A stretch of DNA of 64,000 nt from assembly GCA_028534125.1 (NCBI GenBank), contig CM052816.1, positions 20,524,001 to 20,588,000 on the forward strand, read 5' to 3'. Position 1 is the first letter of the stretch. Each line of letters begins with the position of its first letter. This DNA is from Lama glama. Lineage: Eukaryota. The notes under the pieces are model-generated. The model did no database searches, was not told the DNA's origin, and worked only from the letters and a program-made list of their open reading frames with translations. Shown here one piece after another: positions 11,653 through 24,670 of this stretch. The position numbers were made by a program, and so were the translations under genes.

Positions 11653-14324
11653 ATTATGGGTGAGTGGACCAGATCTTCTGCCCGTTCTCCATGTATGAAC
11701 CGTGGCATCTGGGAGTTGTGCCAGAGCTTTGTCCCCATAGCCTGGTAGGCATTTGACATGTGCACAACATCTGAAGTCCTTGTTCGGCCAGGCTCAGAGC
11801 CGGTGCTGCAGGGTCAAGGCCCTCGGCCGGTGGGGCCGCCCAGGGCAGCAGGAGAGTCAGGGCTGGCCCACCAAGTGCACAGCTGCACAGCTGGCTTGCT
11901 GTCTCTTCTCCTGGTTGCTTACATACATTATCGTATTAAGCCCATTATCCATAATGAAACAGTCAGAATGTTTAGCAACCGAGATATTGTCGCAGTCCTG
12001 TGTTGAAGAACTCTGTTGTTATGAAATGAATCATTTCCAGAAGAAAACAAGTGAAAGCTCCCACAGCCATATTCCTAGGCTGAGAGCAATAACTGTTTGA
12101 ATAGCGAGAGTGAGCACTGAGTTGGTCCAGCCCCTTAAAAGGTTTTCTCTGGATGAAATGGTGTTGGCTGAATGGTGTGCATCTCTGGGAGGGTATTCAG
12201 GGTGCTGGTGGTAATGAGCAGGGAGGAGGCAGGTGTGGGGACGGCCAAGGCTCCTCTTTGATAAAGAATCAGAGAAGAGGAAATTAGGAAAAGAAAAATC
12301 TAAACAGAACATGGAAATGAGGAACTGAGAAGGCTGGCCAGGTCTTTGCTGTGTGTGTCTTCTGTCCCCAAAGAGTCCAGAAGCCCAGGGCTGGGCAGCC
12401 CTGTGGCCATGGCACAACCACACTTCAGGGGAAGCCCTCCCATGGTTTCTAGAAGGCTTCTGCACGGGAACGGGGCTATGATAGGGTGGCAGGAAAATGC
12501 CTGCACTTGAAAATTGTTGCCAATTTTTTGTTTTCTTATGTTTGTAGTTACTTTCAAAAGAGAGCATAAGACTGTTGAGACGGTGAAGGCAGTTTTTTAG
12601 CAGGTTCCAAAGCAGCCTTCTGATCGACCTGCAGAAATGACCCAATGGGCCCAAGCTCTCTGCAGCCTGACTGGGGAAACTATATAGTACTGGCACAGCG
12701 TGCTGCATTGTTCATTCGCATTAAAATTTTCTTTTTCATATTATGTGCTTTTCTAAGGTCCAGTCCAGTTAATTCCAGATGAGCCTTGCAGAAGTATTAC
12801 TATTTTTTTGTTTCTTCAGCCAGCCCTTCCTCCAACAGATATTTGTGGAATGACCCCATTTGTAGCAGGCACTGTCCTGGGCCCTGGAACAGAGATACAA
12901 GTCTAAGCAACTCTGCTTTCAACCTGATTCTCGCCTTTCTTTGTGTCCTGCCCTCAAATCCGTGGAGTATTTCTGTCACATCTGCTGTCTGTCACACAGG
13001 TGAGAAAACAGACTGAGCGTGATTGGTGGTTGTATGAACTACCAAAGTCAGTGTGAATCAGAAGCCAGAATTCTCATTCCTGTTCCCCATCCCCTCTTGT
13101 CCACCCAGTTGCGTTTCTCATCTTTCTTCTTTCCATCCCCGCTCATCAACTCTAACCTGTCCCCTCCCTCATTCCTTCAGGGTTGAGCTATTGACTTCTC
13201 AGGGTGATAAGATGATGGAATCAAGTCCTCTGTGCTAATGGGTAGAAGCTGATGATGACTTCCTGTTATCCTCCGTGCGCTGGCTTTACCCTACCCATAA
13301 AGGCATCGACTTGTCAAACTAACCTCTCGCCTTTGGCTCCAGCAGACTGTTAGCTAGAATTGGGGATACACCCAGACTAAAATTATATATATAACTAAGC
13401 AAGTGCTTATTTCTGCCATGTCACAGACCCCTGGGAATTGGCACAGCCTTTCTTTTGTATAAAATAATTACCAGCATTTTCCCTGAGAGAGTGGCAGCTT
13501 TGATGATATGCCATGAGGACTCCCTGAAGCTAAAGGTCCTTTCCCAGCTCCAAAGAGACCCCCAGCCTTGTTGGGATTGCAGGTAGCCCCTTCCTCAGTC
13601 TCTGGGATTTTGCAGTTTTCTTGCCTGAAATAAACCTACCTGAAAAATATATTCCCAAGCAAGTGGCTTGGGTATTTTTGATGAGGGTTGAGAAGAGATG
13701 TGGTTTATTGGATTTTATCTTGCAACTGATTTGTTTCTGCCAGACGTTGATATGCAGCCCTGATGCCGTGATTTCAGGCCTCGGGAGTATTAACGTTATA
13801 AACAACCTTCCATTGCTTCATCTGCTAGGAGGAACCTTAATTTATCACATAGATGTTAGAATTGCAGTTTCTCATCCACTCATAAAAAAAAAATCGGTAG
13901 CTATAGGGAATGCATCCCCTCTTTTAAAAATTCGTTCTAAGGAATAAGAGAGAATTTATTCTAAAATATCTTCCTCCCAGTGGAAATAAAAATCCTACTT
14001 AATGGCCAGGAATCTCCCCTGGGTTTTGATTAAGAAGGAACTGCCAAGATGGGCATTTCCTCTCTGACTGTTTGTCTTCTGGGCTAGTAAGACTTCAGGA
14101 AGAACATTTTATCTTAGGTTCTCAATGGGGTGGGGGGGCCTCCTGGGGCACAGAGGTCAGCCTGTGAGAACCAGCTGCCACCAAGGGTGTGCGGTGGGGA
14201 TGCTCACTGGTGCAGAGACCTGCCTGGGGCCCAGAGCCAGAGGACAAGGGCAGGACCCTCCTTGATTCTTTAACTTCAGACACAGTGCCCCTTGTGCTGT
14301 GTTCTTACATTTGAAAACAATACT

Positions 14325-14590
14325 CTTCATATTTTTTTTCCTGATTATCAAAACAGGGCATGTCCTTTTTAAAAAAAATAATATATATGTAGAGAGGGAA
14401 ACAAAAATTACTTATAATCCCACTACCAGAGATCGTCTTTATTATCATTCTGATTTATATTCAGCCTGTTCTCCCTTAAAGCTTTTATGTTGTTTCCACA
14501 AACTGGGATGTTCCTGGACACTTGATTCTGTAACCTGATTTTTTTCACTTAACACTGTATTTTTTATTTATTGTTATTAAAACGTATATA
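14325..14590 (-). mobile_element. L1ME 3' fragment
   Basis: aaaaattacttataatcccactaccagagat ... ttctgtaacctgatttttttcacttaaca is typical of antisense L1ME4-type 3' ends. Confidence 0.7.
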
Positions 14591-14619
14591 TTCTGCATCT
14601 CTGCACAAAGAGGCTGTTG

Positions 14620-15458
14620 TGATGTCGTGAGGATGCAGCAATGACCGGGCCCACAGGGACCAGACTTCATGGGGTGCTCATCCAAGGTGGGAGAACAGGC
14701 ATTAAACAAATAATTGCACCAACAATCACTTGTTTACAACTGTGATAAGAGCAATGAAGAAGAAGGACCAGGGACTGTGGGCACCTGACCTAGTCAGGGT
14801 AGCAGGAGGGCTTCCCTGAGGAAGTCGCATGAAGGCAGAAAACTGACAGATAAGTAAGTCTCATTGTCAAAGCAAAGAGCCCAGGGGAAGAGGGGGAGGG
14901 AGACAAGGAAGGGAGGCAGGGATGCTGAGAGCAGTCTGTGTGGCTTAGAGAGTGAGGGAGTGGGTGGCCCAGGATGTCACAGGAGAGGTAGGTCAGGACC
15001 AGATCACTCAGAGCCCCAGTTAAGGATGTTGGGTTTATCCTAAGAGCATTGGTAAGCCATCAATGGCATTTAATCAGGCATGTGACTTGATTAAGATTAC
15101 GGTTTTACAGGATTATTCTGTTGCAAGGAATGGGGCCTCTGGAGTGGCTGTGGGAAGTTGAGTTAGGAGGCTAATGCAGTAATCTGGAAGAGCAGTGCCA
15201 GGGCTTTGGAATGGAGTGATAGCAGAAATGGGAGGAGTGGGGGAAGTCTGCCTGTTCTTTCCTTTGTTGGAGGAGAGTATTAACTAAGATATGGTAACTT
15301 ACTAGATATGGAAAGCAAGAAAGAGGCCACGAGGGTGCTTCCTGGATTCCTGCCTTTTGCCACTGGACAGAGTCACTGGATGCTGCGGTGGGGACTCCTG
15401 GGGGAGGACCAGGACTTGGGGAGTGGATAATGGACCCTGGTTTAAACATGTCAAGCTA
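14620..15458 (-). mobile_element. L2 LINE
   Basis: ggagggcttccctgaggaagt; tttatcctaagagcattggtaagccat; gttaggaggctaatgcagtaatctgg; tggtttaaacatgtcaag. Confidence 0.88.
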
Positions 15459-15464
15459 GTTGAA

Positions 15465-15647
15465 GCCATCTCTTTTGATTCATGGAACTTTTGTTAAATA
15501 TTCAGGAATTTGATGAGCCAGTTGTTTGAAATTGGCCACCAAAGGAGTACTCCCACCATGGAAACTGGCAAAGGCTACAATCTAGGATCTGCCCCTCACT
15601 TCCTTTCCTGGAGAGCCAGTTGCTAAACATTTACCAGCACACCACTG
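15465..15647. mobile_element. MER63-like hAT-Blackjack DNA transposon
   Basis: ttgttaaatattcaggaattt...ttgaaattggcc...ggagagccagttgctaaacatttaccagcacaccactg (terminal repeat end). Confidence 0.85.
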
Positions 15648-15823
15648 TTTATAACCAATTTTGTTTCCAATGCTACTTTGTGGATAATTTCCATTGGAAT
15701 CTGAGAAGGAGAGTTATTTGTGATCACTTTGATATCCTCTGATTTTGTTTTAAGTTACCAGCCCCTTCTGCTGAAGAGGGAGTAAGTGAGGAACTTGTTG
15801 AGATGGTGAACCTCCCCAGTCTC

Positions 15824-16257
15824 TGTATCAGTTCTCTGTTGCTGCTGTAACAAATCATCACAAGCTTAGAGACCTGAAACTACACAAATTTATTATCTCT
15901 AGGTTTCTGTACGTCAGGGGTCCACCTGGGCCCAGCTGGGTTTCTGCTTAGGGTCTCACAAGGCGCAAGTCAAGGGGTTGGCCAGACTGGCCTCTTGTCT
16001 GGAGGCTCTGGAGAAAAAAACCCACTTCCAGGCTCCTTCATGTTGTTGGCAGAATTCAGTTCCTTATGAAAGTGGAACTGAGACCCCTGACCTCTTACTG
16101 GCTGTCAGCACGGGGCCACTCTGCTCATAGAGATCACATGCATTCCTTCCCACGGGGCCCCTCCACCTTCAGGTCAGCGACAGAACATCGGGTCTTCACA
16201 TGGAGGACCTCTGACTCCTCTGCCACCAGATATAGACAACTCTGTCTTTAAGGGATG
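15824..16257 (-). mobile_element. MaLR MLT1D/E-like LTR, truncated by a gap
   Basis: tgtatcagttctctgttgctgctgtaacaaatcatcacaa...tctggaggctctggag...gttgttggcagaattcagttcctt. Confidence 0.9.
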
Positions 16258-16757
16258 NNNNNNNNNNNNNNNNNNNNNNNNNNNNNNNNNNNNNNNNNNN
16301 NNNNNNNNNNNNNNNNNNNNNNNNNNNNNNNNNNNNNNNNNNNNNNNNNNNNNNNNNNNNNNNNNNNNNNNNNNNNNNNNNNNNNNNNNNNNNNNNNNNN
16401 NNNNNNNNNNNNNNNNNNNNNNNNNNNNNNNNNNNNNNNNNNNNNNNNNNNNNNNNNNNNNNNNNNNNNNNNNNNNNNNNNNNNNNNNNNNNNNNNNNNN
16501 NNNNNNNNNNNNNNNNNNNNNNNNNNNNNNNNNNNNNNNNNNNNNNNNNNNNNNNNNNNNNNNNNNNNNNNNNNNNNNNNNNNNNNNNNNNNNNNNNNNN
16601 NNNNNNNNNNNNNNNNNNNNNNNNNNNNNNNNNNNNNNNNNNNNNNNNNNNNNNNNNNNNNNNNNNNNNNNNNNNNNNNNNNNNNNNNNNNNNNNNNNNN
16701 NNNNNNNNNNNNNNNNNNNNNNNNNNNNNNNNNNNNNNNNNNNNNNNNNNNNNNNNN
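16258..16757. other. Assembly gap (500 N)
   Basis: Run of exactly 500 N. Confidence 1.
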
Positions 16758-18924
16758 GGCTGCGGAGGAGTTAGCATGAGGGAGCGCCAAGGGCCAGACC
16801 ACGAGAATGGCAGAGTGTTCTCCCTTCCTAGGTTAGCATCTTACAGAGCAGTCTGCGTTTGAATCCCCAGGGCAGCTTTCTTGGTTTGTCCAAATGTTTG
16901 CACACCTGCAAAAAGTACACTCCACCCATGAAATACATGCATTCTATTTAAATAAATTAAGTATAGATGGTTTGGGATTTCAGACATAGTTGTAGAACAT
17001 GACACGTGGTTAGGAGGATGGATCTCAGTTAAGTGCTGTAGGTGGTGGTGGTCCTCCTGCTCCCAGCAGCAGAGCCACCACACAGCACATCTGCCCCTCC
17101 TCTGCCGCCGTACATCACAGAACTCAGGGGAACCCAGAAGACCCCTGAGCTGCCAATCCTGAGGCCACCGCCTGGGCAAAATGCCCATGATTACTTGAGA
17201 AACCTCTCTCAAGGCAGAGAGCCTAGTGACTCCTGCTTTAAACAATTCTAACCACCTCGATGGCTTGGTTTCACAGCCCATGAGCAATTAGATGCAGGAA
17301 GGGAGCTGCCAGAGGCTGCAGATTCTGGCCACAGTGCAGGGGACAGATGGCAGCCTGAAAGCAAACTGCAGAAGTGGACAGAAGGTCCCTAGTTTACACA
17401 GAGTTGGCTCAGACCTCCCTCCAAAACCTCATTAGGCCCTGGGGTGGTCCTGGGAGCAGAGCATGGGCTGTCATTGTTGTTCACTAGGATAATCTGACTT
17501 CTCCATGAAGCCCCAAGGGCTATTCACTTCTCTCCTTGTAAAAGGACTGGGTGTGTGGAATGCCCTGGGAAAGGGACTCATCCAGAATGATCATACTTAG
17601 ACTAAAGCAAGTTTTGCCTCGCAAAGATCTGAAGCTCAGTTATTTGGATTATCTGCATATCCCCTTAGAAATATCCTCAAATGTGCCAGTTTTCGGTTGT
17701 GATTTATAGCATTTACTTCCCAGGGTTGAAGTTCAGTTTTATTTCATTGTCCTCACTGAGAGGGACAGCTGCCTTCTAGGTGTGACCACCACATCTGAGA
17801 GCCTTGCTGTTTCACCCGCAGTCAGGTGGAAGCCCTGGAAACTAGCAGCAGAGTTTCTCTGAGAGCTGGGAACTGTTGCCCCCCTCGCCCCTCCCTGCAG
17901 GAGCCTGGGCAAGTCCCAAACCTGCTTATTAACAGCACGTGCCTCCGACACCTCATATCAGCTGCGATCCCTCAGTCCCGGCCGGTTTGTAAGCAGACTA
18001 GCATTGGTGTCGATCCTTTTCATAAATTATTCTGGTGCTTGTTCCTGGACTGATTCCCGTCAGGATGCTATGGGCCAAAGTAGGAACCATCCCTCCTCTT
18101 TGCTCAACACGGATTTGTTTGGTTTTCTGCTTCAGAAATGGAGACAGTTGTTTGCAGACTCACCAGTCAAAATATTTGCTAAAAGTAACCTGCAGTTCCA
18201 GGACTGTGAAAAGAAAAGGAAAAAAAAAAAACAGTTCACTTTCCAGGTTGATCAAAGTGTTCGCATCTAGTCCTGTGCTTCTCTATATGCTGGAACTTTG
18301 TGTTCATGCCAAAGTCGCCCCAGTGGGTTTTCCCAGGCTGCAGGCTGAAGGCCACCTTCATTTACATGCTGTAATGGAAATAGATGTGTGCATAAACCAG
18401 ATCACGCTCTTCAAAGGGGCATCGGGATTTCACAGTTTTCAGATACAGTTTAGTCCCATGGAAGTTAGATTTAAGTTGATCAAAATCTGTGCTCAAAATC
18501 CCATAAGGTCTAAGGACGCAGTTGTTGAACATCTTATCTTCAAAAACTCTCTTCTCACTGTATTCTATGCTGGCAGGGTATCCAAAAATGTCTTCAAATG
18601 TATTTCAAATGTGAGATTCCATGTGCGCTAATGTCCTCTGCGGCATTGGCAGTGGCACCAGTGATTCCGTGAACTCACTCCTGTGTAATGCTGGGCTTGG
18701 GAAGCTTTCAAGGAAATTAAATTACACATTTGTACAACACAGTTGTAAAAAAGACATCGCCACAAGCATCATCTGAGACAGGCTAACCCAGCGTTAAGCC
18801 CACAGTGGCAGATAACAGTTGTGAGACTGTCACATATGAAATCCTCCATCGTCCTGACTCTCAGAAAGTGGAAATATCTTCCTTTTCTTCTTTCTGCTGC
18901 TGTTCAGATGTTGTTGTGTGTGTA

Positions 18925-19060
18925 GCCTCTCTGTTCCTCAGTTAACTGTGAAGTGGATGACAATACCGATTTCATAGGGCTGCCGGGGCGCTCACACGTC
19001 TCAGTATGGCTGAAGCGCTTAGAAAGTGCCTGGCGCGTAGTGGGTCTGCTGCTGCTATTA
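18925..19060 (+). mobile_element. MIR fragment
   Basis: cctctctgttcctcagtt...tcatagggctg...aagcgcttagaaagtgcctggcgcgtagt. Confidence 0.75.
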
Positions 19061-19184
19061 TACATGCTAGAGCTCTGTGCTTCACTGTGAGAGTTTTGTT
19101 TCATTTTGTGTAGTTTGAAGTAACTGTTGGCTGGAGCTGGTTTTTAACCTCAGAAGAAAACAAATATTCAAGCAAGAGGCTAGA

Positions 19185-22100
19185 AGGCTCAACTGCTGGC
19201 AGAGGGATGATCTGGCTTGACACCAGACCCCTCCACTATCCCCACTCAAACATGTATAAATGCTGGATGAAACATCACTGGGAGAAAAGGGCTTTTTGTT
19301 TTCTAAATATATGGCTGAACCTGAAGATCAGGGAGATTCCTAGGTGCCAAAATGAACACTCTCAACGGCAGTGATTAATGAGCACGCCGCTGTGATGGCA
19401 CTCTACCGTTTCATGGGGCAGTGTCAAATCCAGACACAAGCCATGGGGGTTAGTAGCAGGGCCTTTAATATCCATGCCAACAGAGCAGGTGTGGTCTGCC
19501 TACACAATACAGAAAGGCCCCTGCATTAAGCCAAAGACTGGGAGACAGCCAGAGACTACAGAAGAAATTTACCTGCTGGGTCAGGAGAGTGGCAAGTAAT
19601 TTGTGATCTAGGGTTTTCTCCACACATCAGTGTGAGGGTCTGAATTTACACTATCTACGTGGTACTGAAATTCGAAACCTAGAAATTAACTTGAAGGTAG
19701 GTCCCAGATCAGTAAAACCACTAGAGATCCTCGAAGAAACACATGTAAATCCATTTCAGGGGAATACCTTCACATGAGACTGTATGGGATGCCCGAGGGA
19801 AAAAGAGAACATGAGCCTAAAAATATAAAATTGCTGATCATAAGGAAGTAACTTGTCATGAGGAAGAGTTAACTGACTCAGCATACAGGAAGGTTAGCTT
19901 CTCCAGAATCTTTAGATAATAAAACAATGTAAAAGTAACTATTTAAAATTTTGTGTTTGGAATGATTAGAATAGTAAAAAGAGAGAGGAGAATTATAAAG
20001 ACAGAATTGTAGAGAAAAAACACAGGTAAATTTGGAAAGGTAGAATTTCTAGAAATCAAAGTTATTAAAGTTGATAACTTAGTGGAGCATATTAAGCACA
20101 TTAGACATAGCTAAAGAGAATTATTGAACTGGAAAATAGATCTGGGAAAATTTTCTGAAAAGAACTTGGAGACACACAAAGATGAAAAATATAAAACAGA
20201 TGTTGAGAGAGAATGTTGAGACACTGAGATATTGTTAAAGGATATTGTTAAGATTTGGGGAGAAAGAATAGGAAGGTCCTTAAGGAAAGCATGAAGGGAG
20301 TGCGGGAGAGGAAATATTGGAAGTGGTAATGGCTAAGAATTTCCCAGAATTAAAGGAATACATAAATTTCTAGACTGAAGAAGCACACCGAGTCCCAAGC
20401 AGAATGAATACAGGGTACATCACAGCAAGCTGCAGAATACCAAAAATACAAAAGCAACCAAAGAGAAAAAAAAAAAGATTAACTGCAAAGGAACAATTAC
20501 TGATTGCAAAATTTTTATTAGCAGCAGTGGAGGCCAGAAGAGAATTGAATATCTTCCAAGTTATGAGGGAAAATAGTCAACTTAGATTTCTATTCAACAA
20601 TGAGGGCAAAGATACTTCATAACAAAGATTTGAGAGGTTACCATTCACAGCCTCTCTCTGGAAAAACTACTAAATGATATCCTTTAGGAAGAAGGTGATT
20701 GAACCCAGAAGATAATAATGGGATACAAAAATCACTGACAAGAAAGGCTAATAGTCAAACATATGGGTAAACATAAGTAAGCATTGACTTTAGAAAAATA
20801 GCAATTATAAGAGGATTAATTTGGGGTGTTTAAATATGAGATGGGAGGTGATAATGATGACCAATACTAAAGCATTTTATGATTTTTGTGTTATTTGAGA
20901 AGATAATAGGCCTTAATAGACTTCAGATTTTTAAGTCAAAATGCATATTAAAAATTTAAGAGTAACCTGTAAAAGAACAGAAATAGAATATAACTTCTAA
21001 CACAGAAGAGTGGAAAAGGGGTTTGGTTAAATAAATTCAACCATTTATACATAAGGCAGGAAAGTATAAAAAATGAAGCAGAGTAAAAGCATAATAATAC
21101 AGTAATAATATACAATAATAAAATGCCAATACATAAATTTATAAAATAAAATGGCAAATATAAGTCTGAAAATATCAGTAATAATTATTAATGGGCTGAT
21201 CTGTTAATCAACTGCAATTCTTAGATTCAATTTTTAACATCTGAGATGTGCTACTTACAAGTATCATGTCTAAATATAATGACTCAAAATTTGAAATGAA
21301 ATCTGTGGAAAAAGATTTAATACTAAAGGTATATATACTAAAAGAAAAAAATGCTTTGTGGTAACATTAACATCAAAGTGTACTTTAAGGCATGGACACT
21401 ATTGGGTTAACTGCACTCTGACAAAAGACACAATTCACTGTGAAGATGTAACAATTATGCACTTAACATAGATGCTAAATAGACATAAAGCAAAGCCTGG
21501 AAACTTAAGAAAATTTACAAATCCACCATCATGATGGTTAATATATATTTCATAAAATAAGCCAAGCAAATAAAAATTTATTAAAAATAGCTATTTGAAA
21601 ATTATGATTAACTTAATCAAATCTCTGTATGTAAAACTATGCATCTAGTATACATCCTTTGCATATACAATTACAAAAATTAACCGCATTCTAGGCCACA
21701 AAAAAGCTTCAACAAATACCAAGTAATTGCTAGACCATAGTCTTTGGTCAATATGCAATAAAATTAAAAATAGGTAACAAAGAGTCCACTACAAATAATA
21801 CATTCAGAAAGTTAAAGATACACTTCTAAAATACAATTTTATATAAAGTTATAAACCAATGTTACCTAAATTAAATATTGAACTATCTCAGTAACTCAAG
21901 GGTCAGGGAAGTGATTGTAATGAAAATTACTGAATATTTAGAACTGAACAATAATGAGTTCATTATATATCAAAGTATATAGGATGCTGCTAAAGTGGTA
22001 CTCGGAGGGAAAGTTCTAGCCTTCGGTGTGATGTTAGGAGGCTAGGAATGTTGAAAATTAAAGTGCCAAGAGTTCAACTCAAGATAAATGTAAGAACAGA

Positions 22101-22205
22101 AATTAATAGAAATTAAAGGAACAGTTGTGATGATCATGAAGCCACAATGTGGCCTCCTGGAAAAAAATGAACAAAATACATTAAACTCTAGCAAGACTGG
22201 TGGTA
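19185..22205 (+). mobile_element. Ancient L1M LINE (5' region, ORF1 and ORF2 endonuclease part), degenerate
   Basis: A-rich sense strand; ORF1 motifs (aatggctaagaatttcccagaatt; gaagaagcacaccgagtcccaagc; gcagcagtggaggccagaaga) and ORF2 motifs (ctaggccacaaaaaag; atgcaataaaattaaaaat; gatgctgctaaagtggtactcggagggaaa; ctctagcaagactg); many stops and frameshifts. Confidence 0.9.
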
Positions 22206-24519
22206 ATTATGCTCATATGCCAAAGACTTATATCTGCCTTACATTTAATTAAGGTCAAAACGACCTAAGAGGCAGATACGTGTGTTATTTCACCACACAG
22301 CTACTGGTACTCGTGAGATGTGAGCAAAACACCTCCATTGTAGGACAGACCCTTTTTTTCAATGGCACAATATAGATTTGTTTTAAAAAGCAACAAAACA
22401 AAACCATAAATGAGGCAAAAAGGATGGGAGGTGACTTATGAGGAAATAATTATATATAATTACTAAGGCAGGTAAAATAAAGCTTAAAGAGGGAAGAAAC
22501 AAATTTGGCCAAGAGGAGGATGTTTTACACTAAGAACCTGAAATGAGACTGTGGTTCCTGGCAGTCAAGGTTAGCGCAGGATTGGGCACTTCCTGGCAAA
22601 GGGATGAGCTATAGGACATGATGTCACTGGTTGCAGCATTCGGGCTAGATTCTTGATTCAGGGCAGAGGTAAGCCTTTGACCTGGCTTATGTACATGAGC
22701 ATCTATTCAGATGTCAGCGGTGAGTGGCTGCCTGTCCTTCGTCAGCCTCCAGGGATAGCCTTGGGGACCTGTGGGCAGAGTTAGGAGCCCCCCAGACAGC
22801 ATGGAGCTGAAGACATAGAGACTCTTGAGGTGGTGACGTAGGATATATCCATTGCCCACAGGGCACTGTGTGTGCTCTAAAAGGGAAGTTTTCTCCCCAG
22901 AATCAGCATTGGTCCCTGAGCTTCTACATGGGTTCTGAGAACATTTCAGTAGTCTCAGACTATGGTTCTCCTGAGGGTCGTGGACAACATTTGAGATGGT
23001 AGCACCTTCTAGACAGGACCTAAGAGACACTGGAGGGTTCCTCCCTTGGAAACAGAGGCCCTCCCTGCATGCTGCCCAGGTAGTCACAGTGGCAGTCCCT
23101 TGCATCAACAGCCATGGGTATACGGTTATTACGTGATCAGGTTGGTTAGGTTTCTCCCTCACTCCGTATCACATTGCCCCTTCCCCACAATCAGTGCAAT
23201 GAGAATTTCTCATCAGGAGCCAGGCTTCCACTGTACACTGGGATGGGTAGATGTTCCCCAGAGGTTAGCTAAAAAGTGGGCTCCCCTGAGGGCCTGCCCC
23301 TTCATTTCAGAGGTCCAGAGTTTGGTGTTTCTCTTAAGAGTCCTGGATGTCTCTGGGCCTGATGAGTAGCACCCTCTGGCAGGATGGATTCAAAGGGAGG
23401 AGTTGCCAAGCTTCCAGGGGCACCAGTCTACTTATTAAATACCATCTGCGGGGCGCCTCCCGGGGCCTGACCCTTGGCGTGACGTTGGCGAGATGGATTT
23501 TGGGGCAGGTCCTGCAGCAGGAGCTGAGCTTCAGGGAGCCCAGGCTCCATGCATTTCTGATGAGCCGTCTCTATAAGGAAAAGCAGATGCCAGAGAAGCA
23601 AGGGCCAGGGTCCCGAGGCAGTGGGAGGGGTGAGGTGCCTCCCTTGGAGGTGGGGAGCATCCTGGGCCTGTGAGATTAGGATGAAGGTGGGTCCTCTGAA
23701 GCACATCTAGTTTATTCACAGCCTAGCATGCAGCCTACCCCACCTCCCCAAGGAAGTTCTTGCTTTGATGTTTTCCTTTTCCTCAAGAATGAAAATGGCA
23801 ACAATTTGGGAACTTTTCTTCCAAATACACCTTTTAATAACATTTCTCACCTGGAGGAAAACACATGATCTCCACCCTGCACACAAAGGGAAATACTCCA
23901 TCATCCATCCGTGTAGGTTTCTTACCACAGTGGTTGTCTCTTCTAGGCTTTTTAAAACTCCTAAGTAATATAAGATAATTATGTCTACAAAATCAAAATT
24001 ATTAATACCAGTTTAAAATTACACATACACAGTGATAGATATTCTGGTTTAGCTTCCAGTCCTTTAGGACACAGTGGTGTAGGAAGAGGTCTTAATTCTC
24101 ATTTCGTAACTATCTTTGTGTGCAGCATGACTACTTCCCTACTAGAGCATCCAATTTCCTGTGTACAAGCTGATAGTGCTGGCAGGACCATCGCTTTCAG
24201 ATCTCACATCTATGTTTGGTCCTAACGATGTAGAATTCCAGGCCCACAGCAGCAGGGTTGGAGGCTGGAGACCCAGATCTTCTGGAATTTTGTGGGGATT
24301 AGAGATGGCCTGAGGTGCCGGTCCTTTGCTGTGGTTCTGTGCAGGGGTCAGCCAAGTGTTGGGGTTGCATTGGGGTTGGTAAGCACGATGGGAGAGGGTG
24401 AGGGATGGCACGTGGGGATCCTGCTGTGTGCTGGAGACCCGCAGAGGGGCAGCAGCCTCCTCCCATGGCTGACTCTCCTTCTCTGAGCCAGGACTTGCCA
24501 TCTACCGGGCACCATGCCC

Positions 24520-24670
24520 ATATGTTCACATCACAGCTCAGTACACACTCCCCAAGACCCGATGAGGTAAGAATCTTACATTTAACAGTGAAAACCTAAA
24601 ACCCAGAGGCAGTCACTTCTCCGAGGTCACAGAGGTAGACCAACAGCAGAGCAGTTCACCAAGACGGGGA
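24520..24670 (-). mobile_element. MIR fragment
   Basis: atgaggtaag...catttaacagtgaaaacctaaaacccagagg...cacttctccgaggtcacagag. Confidence 0.6.

Noticed and set aside
12031..12708. 225-aa minus-strand ORF, the longest without Ns
   Set aside because: Random-looking composition with no homology I recognise and no promoter or splice context
16196..16802. ORFs of 174-193 aa (and those at 8176-8740)
   Set aside because: They consist largely of X residues from N gaps
17762..17813. Imperfect hairpin of about 52 nt, near pre-miRNA size
   Set aside because: Depends on many G-U pairs with three mismatches and a bulge, and matches no miRNA I know
20404..20622. 72-aa ORF with L1 ORF1-like residues (AAVEARR)
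   Set aside because: Fragment of a dead L1M, not a host gene
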